DNA of 37,552 bases from a virus (taxonomy: Duplodnaviria; Caudoviricetes): positions 1 through 37,552 of IMG/VR virus record IMGVR_UViG_3300020045_009033; one strand, written 5' to 3'. Positions within the stretch are counted from its first letter, which is position 1. Every line of letters begins with the position of its first letter. Shown one piece after another: positions 6,889-16,117 of this stretch. A model generated the notes under the pieces. That model worked only from the letters and a program-made list of their open reading frames with translations, did no database searches and was not told the origin of the DNA. A program made the position numbers and the translations under genes.

Positions 6889-7071
6889 ATGCAAGAAATC
6901 AAACACCTTTATAAAATGCTTAAAGACAAAAAAGCATTTTGTCACGAACTATCAAAAGAAGTAGAATGCACTCCATTAAGCCTATATAATCATTGGTTCG
7001 GGTCATTCTGGGCAATTCCAGAGAAGTATCAAGAAATCGTTTTAAACAAATTAAAAGAAAAACAATTATGA
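6889..7071 (+). CDS. Small possible Cro-like HTH protein
   Basis: ELSKEVECTPLSLYNHW resembles an HTH; early position next to the divergent promoter. Confidence 0.45.
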   Translation: MQEIKHLYKMLKDKKAFCHELSKEVECTPLSLYNHWFGSFWAIPEKYQEIVLNKLKEKQL

Positions 7072-7484
7072 GACCAATCGCAATGCGTTGTACGCAAGAA
7101 CAATTTGACAGTATAAAAGATAGGGTAAATTTGCCTATTGTATGTATGAGTGATTATTTTGAAAGATACCCATACATAACCAATTTTTACGATTGCGTGT
7201 TTAAAGTGACAAACACAAAACATCCTAATGCAGAACAAAGAGAAATCCACGAAACATTCAACGGTGATATTTTTTTAGAAGCGTGCGGCGTTGAAATTGA
7301 GAAGGTTTGGAAAAGTAGAGAAATGCAAATTAGAACAATAAATGGAGAATGGGTTGATGTTTATAATAAAAATTTAGAATACCGACTAAAATCCCAACCA
7401 AACTACGACAAAGAAATTGAAGCCTTGCAACAAAAAGCAAAAGAAAATGGAATGAAATGTATAATTCAATTTGAAAAAATATGA
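7068..7484 (+). CDS. Hypothetical protein (likely start MRPIAM at 7068)
   Basis: ORF track 6993..7484; ATGA overlap with the upstream stop. Confidence 0.65.
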   Translation: MRPIAMRCTQEQFDSIKDRVNLPIVCMSDYFERYPYITNFYDCVFKVTNTKHPNAEQREIHETFNGDIFLEACGVEIEKVWKSREMQIRTINGEWVDVYNKNLEYRLKSQPNYDKEIEALQQKAKENGMKCIIQFEKI

Positions 7485-7690
7485 GACCAGACAATTATAT
7501 CGAGGGTGACTTTGACAGCCTGAACCCTGCTAATATCGATGTTCAATTAGATGAACTCGAGGAACAAAAACAGGAGAATTTTAAATTAAGAATGAGAATT
7601 CAAGATTTAGAATTAGGAATTGCAGAATGCATCGAAATTTTAGAGCAAACTGAAAACGTTTTAATATTAAATAAATTGAAAAGATTATGA
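7481..7690 (+). CDS. Hypothetical coiled-coil protein
   Basis: ORF track; ATGA coupling. Confidence 0.65.
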   Translation: MRPDNYIEGDFDSLNPANIDVQLDELEEQKQENFKLRMRIQDLELGIAECIEILEQTENVLILNKLKRL

Positions 7691-7869
7691 AACCTATAAA
7701 CTACAAAGGATGGATTATTCAAGATAATAAATATAACTATGAAAAAGATCATTTTTTAAGATTTGAATATTACAACGAAAATGATTGCAACTGTCCAATA
7801 AGGCACGGAGGATGGGTTGACGAAATTATAAAAGAAATCGAATATTTAATTAAAGAATTTTACTTATGA
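7687..7869 (+). CDS. Hypothetical protein
   Basis: ORF track; ATGA coupling. Confidence 0.6.
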   Translation: MKPINYKGWIIQDNKYNYEKDHFLRFEYYNENDCNCPIRHGGWVDEIIKEIEYLIKEFYL

Positions 7870-8263
7870 AAGCAAATTACAAAAAAACAGAAAACATCTT
7901 CGAAGGATGTAATTTCATTTATGTTTACAATTTTAACTACTCAAATGTTTACGGGCAATTTGCGTATTATAAAAAAGAACCTAAAAGAGATGATTGCGTA
8001 GGCATGTGGAACATAAAATATCTAAACAAATGAAAACACTACTTTTTTGGACAATAATTGTCCTAACAATCGTCACTATTCATTTGCTAACACCTAATTT
8101 TTATAAATAATGGAACAATATATCCTGCCCTACGCACTTTTCATAACTATTTGTTTTTTCTTCGCTATAATTGCCTTGGTTTTCGCTTTTAAATCAGGTC
8201 AAGATGCAGAAGACGAGATAGAAAGACTGATAAATGAGAATAGTAGTTTAATAAAAAAGTTGT

Positions 8264-8533
8264 ATGAAAAATCCAAGAGAAATCGCTAATATGTGCGATA
8301 CTGGATGGCTTTTTGTTTATCGAGCAATTCAAAGGCTAAATATTGTACCTGTTGAAATAAAAGGTCGTAAAAGCTATTATGATGAATTTCAAATCGAGTT
8401 AATTATTGACAACCTATATCATACTGGCAAGGTTACGCATTTAGTCTTTGAAAGTAAAATGAATTATCCAGAGCCGTTATACTCACGCAAAGAATTTTTA
8501 GAACTTGGACATTTAAAAAGAAAGAAATTATGA
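8264..8533 (+). CDS. Hypothetical, possible HTH DNA-binding protein
   Basis: PREIANMCDTGWLFVYRAIQRL HTH-like start. Confidence 0.5.
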   Translation: MKNPREIANMCDTGWLFVYRAIQRLNIVPVEIKGRKSYYDEFQIELIIDNLYHTGKVTHLVFESKMNYPEPLYSRKEFLELGHLKRKKL

Positions 8534-8709
8534 AAAATTACGTAGGCGTAAATTGGAATAAACAAAAACAGCGATGGGTATCTAAAGTAGGTATTTACGA
8601 TTGCGGATACTACACCGACCAAATTGAAGCCGTGAAAGCACGTGATTTATGCATTATTAAGCATGGATTGGATTATAAAAAATTACAAATATTAAAACCT
8701 AAAGGATGA
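8530..8709 (+). CDS. 59-aa AP2-like DNA-binding protein (not in ORF track)
   Basis: YVGVNWNKQKQRWVSKV...GYY..QIEAVKARD matches the AP2/ERF pattern; ATGA-coupled at both ends. Confidence 0.7.
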   Translation: MKNYVGVNWNKQKQRWVSKVGIYDCGYYTDQIEAVKARDLCIIKHGLDYKKLQILKPKG

Positions 8710-8957
8710 GAAATAAAAAAACACGTATTCAAATGCATTTATTCTACTGCCTTATGCAGTTGTTACTCGAATGCCTTGATGAATTAAAGGTAACAAACCC
8801 GAGAATGATTGAACTTAAAAACAATCTAACTGAATTTTGTGAGTTGCTGAATGAAGATTGCAAAAATACATACACAATACAAAAAACAACGTATTTTCAA
8901 GGATTGACAAATCAAATCAACACGATGATGCGCAAGTGTTTTAACCCGGAAATGTAA
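8706..8957 (+). CDS. Hypothetical protein
   Basis: ORF track; coupled. Confidence 0.6.
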   Translation: MRNKKTRIQMHLFYCLMQLLLECLDELKVTNPRMIELKNNLTEFCELLNEDCKNTYTIQKTTYFQGLTNQINTMMRKCFNPEM

Positions 8958-9254
8958 ATGAGCATCTTCGAAATTATAGATATCCTGCGAAAACATCCAA
9001 ATCATCCGCTATGGTCGAAGCCTAAACCTAAATTTACTTTATCAGATTATGTTGAATTGAATAATCTAAAAAATGGTTACAAAAAGCAAGCATACGGCAA
9101 AGGAACTGATAAACGGGTGATGCGAATAAGTGACGGCACAATTTATGCCAACGGAAAAGAATGTTTTGAGGCAAACGGAATTAATAGAAGTACGTTTTAT
9201 CATTTAATTGGTGGACGAACAAAAAAATTTTGTGATTTTAAATATATTGAGTAA
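8958..9254 (+). CDS. Protein with C-terminal NUMOD1-like DNA-binding motif
   Basis: KRVMRISDGTIYANGKECFEANGINRSTFY. Confidence 0.5.
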   Translation: MSIFEIIDILRKHPNHPLWSKPKPKFTLSDYVELNNLKNGYKKQAYGKGTDKRVMRISDGTIYANGKECFEANGINRSTFYHLIGGRTKKFCDFKYIE

Positions 9255-9399
9255 TTTATATTGTTTCTAAACAAAAAAAAGACTACTTTTACAAAACGAT
9301 ACTGGTCAGAGTGTCTAACTAAAAAATCATTTTAACCCTATCTGACTACATTCTGACCGATGTTTTTGGATGGGGTTTTTAAATTTAAGAATATTTATT

Positions 9400-10083
9400 A
9401 TGAAAAATGAAATTCAAATTATGCCAGTAAATGACATAATGAACATGTCAAAAATGTTCGTGGACAGCGGAATGTTCACAGATGCAAAAAGCGTTGCACA
9501 AGCATTCGTTAAAATACAAGCAGGACAAGAAATAGGATTGGCTCCTTTCGCTGCAATGTCTGGAATTAATGTAATTATGGGAAAACCTACTTTTGGAGCT
9601 GGAGTAATTGCTTCAAGTGTAAAAGGTTCTGGAAAGTATGATTTTAAAGTAAAAGAAATGAGCGAGAAAACTTGTTCAATAGATTTCTTTGAGGGCAAAG
9701 AATTAATAGGTAATTCAACTTTTACTATTGATGATGCAAAAAAACAAGGTACAAAAAATCTGGATAAATTTCCAAAAAATATGCTTTATGCAAGAGCTAT
9801 GAGTAACGGCCAAAAATGGTTTTGTCCCGATGTTTTTCAAATGTCTGCTTATGTTCCGGAAGAAATGCCGGAAGTTACGGAAAATGTAGAATGTACATTA
9901 ATCGAAGAATCAAAACCAACTATTCCGGCTATGAACAATTCCCAACAAAAAAAACTAATAGACACGGCAACTGCTGAACGTTTGGAAGAAGTGTTGAATA
10001 TGATTGAAGAATGTAAATTGTCTGCTACGCCTGCACAAGTATTGTCGATGGAAGAAAAACTTAAAGAATTGAGAAATGAGTAA
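9400..10083 (+). CDS. RecT/Red-beta-like single-strand annealing protein
   Basis: KIQAGQEIGLAPFAAMSGINVIMGKP and FPKNMLYARAMS motifs; ATG at 9400 preferred over 9370. Confidence 0.65.
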   Translation: MKNEIQIMPVNDIMNMSKMFVDSGMFTDAKSVAQAFVKIQAGQEIGLAPFAAMSGINVIMGKPTFGAGVIASSVKGSGKYDFKVKEMSEKTCSIDFFEGKELIGNSTFTIDDAKKQGTKNLDKFPKNMLYARAMSNGQKWFCPDVFQMSAYVPEEMPEVTENVECTLIEESKPTIPAMNNSQQKKLIDTATAERLEEVLNMIEECKLSATPAQVLSMEEKLKELRNE

Positions 10084-10519
10084 ATTACAATTTTTTGAAA
10101 TGAGAGCCGAAGAAATGACAGCTCTCTACGACAGCACTTTTACAAAGAAAGACGCTATTAAAACAGGAGAGGCATTAATTGAAAATGTATTAGAATCTGG
10201 CGATTGCGACATAATGCAGTTAGGCGCAAATTTAGCACGTTTGGAGCAAGTTATTTCGTCAGCAATGACAAAGTTTAGAAGTCATATAATTGACCGAGAA
10301 AAACAAATAGTTTTAGGTGTTGAATTTTCGCCTGTTAATGGAGGTAATACTGTGAATTATGCCGATGATGAAATTTGGCAAGAATTAAAGCGATGTTTAG
10401 ATTATCGAACCGAACAATTAAAAATGGCACAAAAACAAGATACATTTGATGCTTATGGTAATCAAGTGCCAAAAGTTTCTACAACGCCAAGAAAATCAAG
10501 TATAACAATTAAATTTTAA
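10076..10519 (+). CDS. Hypothetical protein of the recombination module
   Basis: ORF track; overlaps the recT-like stop. Confidence 0.7.
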   Translation: MSKLQFFEMRAEEMTALYDSTFTKKDAIKTGEALIENVLESGDCDIMQLGANLARLEQVISSAMTKFRSHIIDREKQIVLGVEFSPVNGGNTVNYADDEIWQELKRCLDYRTEQLKMAQKQDTFDAYGNQVPKVSTTPRKSSITIKF

Positions 10520-10522
10520 ATT

Positions 10523-10792
10523 ATGGAAGTTACAGGAAAAGTGCATTTTATCGGGGAATCAATTACGGTTTCAGCGAGTTACGAAAAAAGAGAATTAGTA
10601 GTAGTTACGGATGAACAATATCCACAATTCATTAGTATTGAATTCCCACAAGGAAAATGCAATGATAAAATCGATGCCCTTATGGTTGGAGAAACCGTAA
10701 AAGTAGGTATCAATATTGGTGGCCGTGAGTGGGTAAATCCTGCTGGAGAAACCAAGTATTTCAATAGCATTAAAGGCTGGAAAATTGAGTAA
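10523..10792 (+). CDS. DUF3127-family (SSB-like) protein
   Basis: KRELVVVTDEQYPQFISIEF and GREW...KYFNSIKGWKIE. Confidence 0.8.
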   Translation: MEVTGKVHFIGESITVSASYEKRELVVVTDEQYPQFISIEFPQGKCNDKIDALMVGETVKVGINIGGREWVNPAGETKYFNSIKGWKIE

Positions 10793-10798
10793 AAATAA

Positions 10799-10830
10799 AA
10801 AAGCGGTCAATTAGGTTTGGCCGCTATTTT
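10799..10830 (+). terminator. Possible intrinsic terminator
   Basis: AGCGGTCAA-TTAGGT-TTGGCCGCT followed by ATTTT. Confidence 0.45.
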
Positions 10831-10838
10831 AAGAAATT

Positions 10839-12506
10839 ATGAAACCATATTTACACCAAGAAAAAAGTATAGCTGAAATTTTACAGCATTTAGAAACTCA
10901 AAATCGAGTATGTTTTACATTGGCCACTGGAGGCGGTAAGACTGCTGTGTTTTCTTTTTTATCAAAGCAATTTATTAAAAAAACAGGAAAAAAGGTTTTG
11001 ATAGTTGCGCACCGGGAAGAACTGATAAACCAAACAGCAGCAACACTTCGAACCATTGGCGTAACTGTTGAAACGGTTGTGGCAGCTAAAAAGCGATTAA
11101 ACCATCTTTCGCAAACTTATGTCGCAATGATTCAAACTTTACGGAAACGATTGAAAGTTGATGACAATTTTTGCAAAGATGTTGGCCTTATAATTGTTGA
11201 TGAATGCCATTTATTAATGCACCAAGAGATTTTCGAATACTATCCAAACGCTAAAATTTTAGGAGTTACAGCAACCCCAACTGTTTTAAAAAAAATCAAC
11301 TTCACTAAATGCGCTCGATGTGGTTCTATTTTTGAAAACATACAAACGTGTTGCAATATCGAAACTTTCGAATATACAAGACCTTTTACATTATCTGAAA
11401 TTTACGAAGATATAATTATAGGCCGAGATATTTCTGATCTTATAAATGATGGAAAATTAATTCGTGAATTAGTTTATGTTACTGGCTCATTGGATAGGGC
11501 ATCTTTGAAAATTGATGCTAAAACTGGGGATTTTGATAACCAAGATGAACAAATTGAAAAAGGTATTTTTGATGTAGTTAAAAATTATAAAGAAATTGCA
11601 TTCGGTAAAAAAACAATTGTTTTCAATTCGAGTGCAAAAATTAATCTTTTAGTTTTTGAGGCGTTCCAAGATGCTGGCTTCGAAAATGTTAAAATTTTTG
11701 ATAGCGTTAATGATTCTGAAAACAGAAAAAAAGTATTAGAATGGTTTAAAAACACACCTGATGCAATTCTATGCAATGTTTCAATTTTTACCACTGGTTT
11801 TGATGAACCAAGTGTTGAATGTGTTATTTTGAACCGTGCTACACTTTCAAGAGCCCTTTATCTTCAAATGGTCGGGCGTGGCGGCCGTCCTTGTGATTTA
11901 GTTTACAAGCCTTATTTTACTTTAATTGATGGCGGTGGCAATGTGGAAACATTTGGTAAATGGAGCGACGAAATAGACTGGAAACCTATATTTTACGGAA
12001 CGGATCAAAAACCAAAACCAAAAAAAGAAGCTCTTGAAAATGTAAAACAATGCAGCGAATGTGGATATATTCACGCTAAAAATTTACTCCAATGTCCAGA
12101 GTGTGGTTATGCGCTTCCAGAGAAAGAAAAAACTATTCTAATAAGCGGTGAAGTTGCAAAATTAGTTGATCGAGTTCCGTTGCCTGATGGAAATAAAATT
12201 ATCGCTTACTGCCAAAAATTAGGTAAGGATAAAAATTTCGCTTGGGTTGTACTTCAAAATCAAATCCTCGACCTTTTTTATTATCACAATGTAACCGAGG
12301 GAACATTTATCAACACAGTAAATAATGGAAAATTTGAAATGTCAATTAGAAATATCATAAAAAGTCCTTATCAAATAATACAAAACAGCAATCTTGAAAG
12401 CGGAGTAATGCGAACAAAAGCATTTATTGTGAACAAAATTAAAAACCAATTAGAAAAACATTATGAAAGAAATTCCAGAACACGTAATCCAGCAACAGAT
12501 TTTTAA
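10839..12506 (+). CDS. SF2 DExH helicase with C-terminal Zn ribbon
   Basis: ATGGGKT, VDECH, TATP, GFD, QMVGRGGR and CSECG...CPECG. Confidence 0.9.
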   Translation: MKPYLHQEKSIAEILQHLETQNRVCFTLATGGGKTAVFSFLSKQFIKKTGKKVLIVAHREELINQTAATLRTIGVTVETVVAAKKRLNHLSQTYVAMIQTLRKRLKVDDNFCKDVGLIIVDECHLLMHQEIFEYYPNAKILGVTATPTVLKKINFTKCARCGSIFENIQTCCNIETFEYTRPFTLSEIYEDIIIGRDISDLINDGKLIRELVYVTGSLDRASLKIDAKTGDFDNQDEQIEKGIFDVVKNYKEIAFGKKTIVFNSSAKINLLVFEAFQDAGFENVKIFDSVNDSENRKKVLEWFKNTPDAILCNVSIFTTGFDEPSVECVILNRATLSRALYLQMVGRGGRPCDLVYKPYFTLIDGGGNVETFGKWSDEIDWKPIFYGTDQKPKPKKEALENVKQCSECGYIHAKNLLQCPECGYALPEKEKTILISGEVAKLVDRVPLPDGNKIIAYCQKLGKDKNFAWVVLQNQILDLFYYHNVTEGTFINTVNNGKFEMSIRNIIKSPYQIIQNSNLESGVMRTKAFIVNKIKNQLEKHYERNSRTRNPATDF

Positions 12507-12852
12507 CTGGTTTAATAACACATATTGCCTTAAAAGACACGATCCACGCCTTTTAATTTACAGCGTTCCAAATGGTATTCCAGTTCCGTTGCCACCTAAA
12601 GAAATGAGCCGAGCATTAGATGCTTTGAATAAAATCGGAATGACTAAAGGAATTTCAGATTTAAAAATCGAGGGAGTTTTAGGTCGGACAATTTCTGTTG
12701 AGGTTAAGACAGAAATTGGAAAACAAAGCGAAGCACAAATAGCAATTCAGGAGCGTATAGAAAAATTAGGAGGAATTTATATAGTTACACATAATTTAGA
12801 ACAATTCCAAACAGAAATACAAAAACATTTAGTATATTTGACTATCCCTTGA
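12463..12852 (+). CDS. VRR-NUC domain nuclease
   Basis: E..IQ, VPNG, KGISDL, VEVKT..GKQS..Q. Confidence 0.85.
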   Translation: MKEIPEHVIQQQIFNWFNNTYCLKRHDPRLLIYSVPNGIPVPLPPKEMSRALDALNKIGMTKGISDLKIEGVLGRTISVEVKTEIGKQSEAQIAIQERIEKLGGIYIVTHNLEQFQTEIQKHLVYLTIP

Positions 12853-12894
12853 AAGAGGGATTTTTTAGCACAAACAACGTAAAATTTTTTACAA

Positions 12895-13056
12895 ATGACA
12901 AAATACGAAGCAACACAAAAAATTAAGAAACGACTTCAAATAAAAACAAAAGATGAAGTTTCAAAGGAGCTCGGAATTTCAAGACCAACGCTTGACAGCC
13001 GTTTACAATGGCATACATGGAAAATTTCAGAATTAACTCATATCGAAAAATTATGA
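12895..13056 (+). CDS. 53-aa HTH protein (not in ORF track)
   Basis: KDEVSKELGISRPTLDSRL; preceded by TATATTTG at 12833-12840; ATGA overlap with the next gene. Confidence 0.7.
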   Translation: MTKYEATQKIKKRLQIKTKDEVSKELGISRPTLDSRLQWHTWKISELTHIEKL

Positions 13057-13538
13057 CTATTCAACAATCAATCGCCCGTTTGTCCTACACAATAAGCAAA
13101 GGCCATAAGCCAAATGAAACGGATAAAATTGCTTTAAATAAAGTAATCAAAGACCTAAATGCGAACGCAAAAGAAACAATTGAGGAGCATCATTTATTTG
13201 CTAAATTATACGCAATTATTCTTTCAGATTTCATAAAACATTATCAAGATGTTGATTTTGCAAATAAACAAATAAATAAAGAATTAAGCCACCCTATCGG
13301 TTATCATTTGGAAATTTTAAAGATGCAATTAAACCAAATGGAAATTGGTAATTTTTGGAAGTCACAAGGGATTATTGATCCATTATTAAATGAAACCAAT
13401 CACAAGGATTATAAGCATATCTATCCACAAATCGATGTTGCAAAGATGAAAGAAACATTAGATACTTGGGATTTAGATACCGTAACCGCACATTTTACTA
13501 ATACCGTAAATCAAAGTATTCTATGTTTCAAGAAATAG
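13053..13538 (+). CDS. Hypothetical replication-module protein (likely start MTIQQ)
   Basis: ORF track 13008..13538. Confidence 0.65.
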   Translation: MTIQQSIARLSYTISKGHKPNETDKIALNKVIKDLNANAKETIEEHHLFAKLYAIILSDFIKHYQDVDFANKQINKELSHPIGYHLEILKMQLNQMEIGNFWKSQGIIDPLLNETNHKDYKHIYPQIDVAKMKETLDTWDLDTVTAHFTNTVNQSILCFKK

Positions 13539-14593
13539 CGATTGACAACGAAAAAGTTGTAGAAAAAAAAATGCAACTTTCCGATATTTTAAAATATCGA
13601 GTACTTCCAAGTGATGAAGTACCGAAGCCTGATGCTGTTCTTTTTTTTAATGGCCAGATGGTAATGAGCCGACAAAATGTTTCTTGTGTTACAGGAAAAG
13701 CAAAGGTAGGAAAGACATTCCTTATGACTTTGATAAATGAATCTATCCTACACAAAGGAGAATTTCAAGGCGTGCTATCAAGCTACCTACCAAAAGGAAA
13801 AGACAAAGTGATCTATATTGACACGGAACAATCGAAATATCACATATCCTTAGTACTTCAAAGAATAAAAGCCGTTATAAACGATGAAAAAATTGAAAAC
13901 GTGTTAATGTTCAACTTCGATGCTTTAAGCACGGAAAACCGAAGAAATAGCGTTGAAACGTTAATTTACGGAATGGATGGGATTGGAGTTGTTATAATCG
14001 ACGGTATAGCGGATTTAATTTATGATACAAATGATATTCGAGAAAGTGCAAATATGGTTGACGACTTGCGAAAGTGGGCAACCGAAAGAGATTTACATAT
14101 AGTCAACGTGTTACACCAAAACCCAAGCCAATCTGAAAAAATGCGTGGACATTTAGGAACTATCCTAACAAATAAAAGCGAAACCGTCATTCAAATTAGT
14201 AGTTCTAAAGAAGACGAAAGCGTGAAACTTGTGGAAACATTGGCCACAAGAAACAAAAAACCTGATAATTGGAGTTTTGAAATTATCGATGGAACGCCTC
14301 AAATAATGGATGTTACATACGAAATACCGAAAGCCGGCAGGAAAATACAAAAACAATTAAAAGACTATGAAAAATATAGTATTTTGAACGAAATATTCGT
14401 AGGAATGTATTTGTCAATTGGGATAGGCTATACTGTTTTGACTGAAAAAATAAAGGAAGTTCATTTAGAAAAACACGGAACAATCGGGGTAAATGCGCTG
14501 AAAGAATTAGTTTCTTATTGCCGTGAGATGAATTGGATAGTTCAAGATAAACCAAAATCAAACTATTTTATACACCCGTTTAAAAAGGAATAA
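13523..14593 (+). CDS. RecA-fold (AAA_25/RepA-like) replicative helicase/ATPase
   Basis: GKAKVGKT, YIDTEQ, VIIDG, VLHQN, MRGHLG. Confidence 0.8.
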   Translation: MFQEIAIDNEKVVEKKMQLSDILKYRVLPSDEVPKPDAVLFFNGQMVMSRQNVSCVTGKAKVGKTFLMTLINESILHKGEFQGVLSSYLPKGKDKVIYIDTEQSKYHISLVLQRIKAVINDEKIENVLMFNFDALSTENRRNSVETLIYGMDGIGVVIIDGIADLIYDTNDIRESANMVDDLRKWATERDLHIVNVLHQNPSQSEKMRGHLGTILTNKSETVIQISSSKEDESVKLVETLATRNKKPDNWSFEIIDGTPQIMDVTYEIPKAGRKIQKQLKDYEKYSILNEIFVGMYLSIGIGYTVLTEKIKEVHLEKHGTIGVNALKELVSYCREMNWIVQDKPKSNYFIHPFKKE

Positions 14594-14613
14594 GTAAGAA
14601 AATACAACAAATA

Positions 14614-14846
14614 ATGGTTTATGGTTTAAAATCAAAAATAATTAGTAAACCATCCTTTAAATGTTAAAATTTGATGGTTTAAAAATATAATTCGCATTTT
14701 TAAACCAACATTTAGTAAATATAATTCAAACAATTAACATAAACAACGATGGTATTCTTAATAAAACTAATTTTTAAACCATCAAATGTGTAAATGCGTG
14801 ATGGTTTACGCACCCCTATATAATAGGGTGCGTTAAACTAAACCAT
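14614..14846. repeat. Putative replication origin with ATGGTTTA/TAAACCA iteron-like repeats and a hairpin
   Basis: About 8 copies in both orientations in an AT-rich gap after the helicase; ACGCACCC-CTATATAATA-GGGTGCGT stem. Confidence 0.6.
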
Positions 14847-14865
14847 TGAACAGATAAATAAACCT

Positions 14866-15057
14866 ATGAAAAACACAAACTGTAAACACTGTCAACTACT
14901 TTGTAAAGTAAAAGATAAAATAGAATGTTCCAAATACCAACCAATCGCCAACCGCCCCGAACAATTAAAAATCGAAATTAGGGAGGCTTTTAAAAGTGGG
15001 GATTATGAGTTGGGTAGAAAATTGAATGAAGAACTATTTAGAAGTAATAATGGGTAG
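14866..15057 (+). CDS. Small Cys-containing hypothetical protein
   Basis: ORF track. Confidence 0.6.
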   Translation: MKNTNCKHCQLLCKVKDKIECSKYQPIANRPEQLKIEIREAFKSGDYELGRKLNEELFRSNNG

Positions 15058-15123
15058 TTATTTAGAATCAATATAAATTATAAAATAATCTCACAAATTG
15101 GTAGATTATTCAAATAAAGGTTG

Positions 15124-15131
15124 TATCTTTG
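15124..15131 (+). promoter_or_regulatory. Bacteroidota -7 promoter element TATCTTTG
   Basis: Consensus TAnnTTTG, 50 nt upstream of the ORF at 15182. Confidence 0.6.
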
Positions 15132-15181
15132 TACAAGAGTTAAGGAAGTGATTTACACGGCAAACTTTAAAACTTAAAATT

Positions 15182-15397
15182 ATGAAAACTGTAAACTACA
15201 TTTCAACAAAAAAAATAGGTGCTGGAAACTTTGAAGTAAACGTGTATGGAGATAGAGAGTTTTTAGGCTCTTTCGAAACAAACGATAGTACTTTAGTTGA
15301 TGATATTTCCGAATTAGAAAATGGATACGAAAAAGAAATGATGAATTTCGATACATTTGAAGAATTAAAAAGCTATTGTTTAAATAAAATAAACTAA
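15182..15397 (+). CDS. Small acidic hypothetical protein
   Basis: ORF track. Confidence 0.7.
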   Translation: MKTVNYISTKKIGAGNFEVNVYGDREFLGSFETNDSTLVDDISELENGYEKEMMNFDTFEELKSYCLNKIN

Positions 15398-15398
15398 A

Positions 15399-15599
15399 AT
15401 GACACAACACCAACAAATCCTGAAAGACCTGGTTAAAGAATCGGGTCTTTCGCAAAAGAAATTCGCTGCCAAACACGAAATCGAGTACAAGAAATTCAAT
15501 CGATGGGTAACAGGGGAGCGAAATATCCAATTTTGCACACTTGAACTAATTGCCTTTGATGAAGGTAAAAAAATAACGTTAAAAATTGAAGAGTTATAG
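15399..15599 (+). CDS. XRE-family HTH protein
   Basis: SGLSQKKFAAKHEIEYKKFNRWVTGER. Confidence 0.8.
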   Translation: MTQHQQILKDLVKESGLSQKKFAAKHEIEYKKFNRWVTGERNIQFCTLELIAFDEGKKITLKIEEL

Positions 15600-15682
15600 T
15601 TATAATTTGTAAATTTGTTTATTCATAATTTCTACCCCGTGACCTAAAGAACAGATGGAAGCGGGGTTTTTAAAAAATGTTT

Positions 15683-16117
15683 ATGGCTTATAGTCAATCT
15701 CAAAAAGAAATAATTATAAAACAAGTCCTTTCAGTTATTGAAACAGGGCTTTCTTTGCGTAAAACTATTTTGGAATTAAATATAGTTAGCCGGGATACTT
15801 TTAATGAATGGTTAAAAGCAGATAAAAACCTTTCCGACCAATACGCGCGAGCCTGTGAACAACGAGCAGATACTATTTTTGAAGAGATTTTAGACATTGC
15901 AGACGAAACAAGCAAAGATACCATTTACACTGATAAAGGAGAAATTCCTAATTCTGAATGGATGCAAAGAAGCCGATTAAGAGTAGATGCAAGAAAATGG
16001 ATGCTGGGAAAAATGAATCCTAAAAAGTACGGTGATAAGATTCAAACAGAACACTCTGGAGAGGTAACTACAAACATAATTTCATTAGGAAATGGAACTG
16101 CTCCCGAAACAAAATAA
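15683..16117 (+). CDS. terS: Terminase small subunit
   Basis: YARACEQRAD..FEEILDIAD...RSRLRVDARKW.LGK..PKKYGDK; lies upstream of terL. Confidence 0.9.
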   Translation: MAYSQSQKEIIIKQVLSVIETGLSLRKTILELNIVSRDTFNEWLKADKNLSDQYARACEQRADTIFEEILDIADETSKDTIYTDKGEIPNSEWMQRSRLRVDARKWMLGKMNPKKYGDKIQTEHSGEVTTNIISLGNGTAPETK

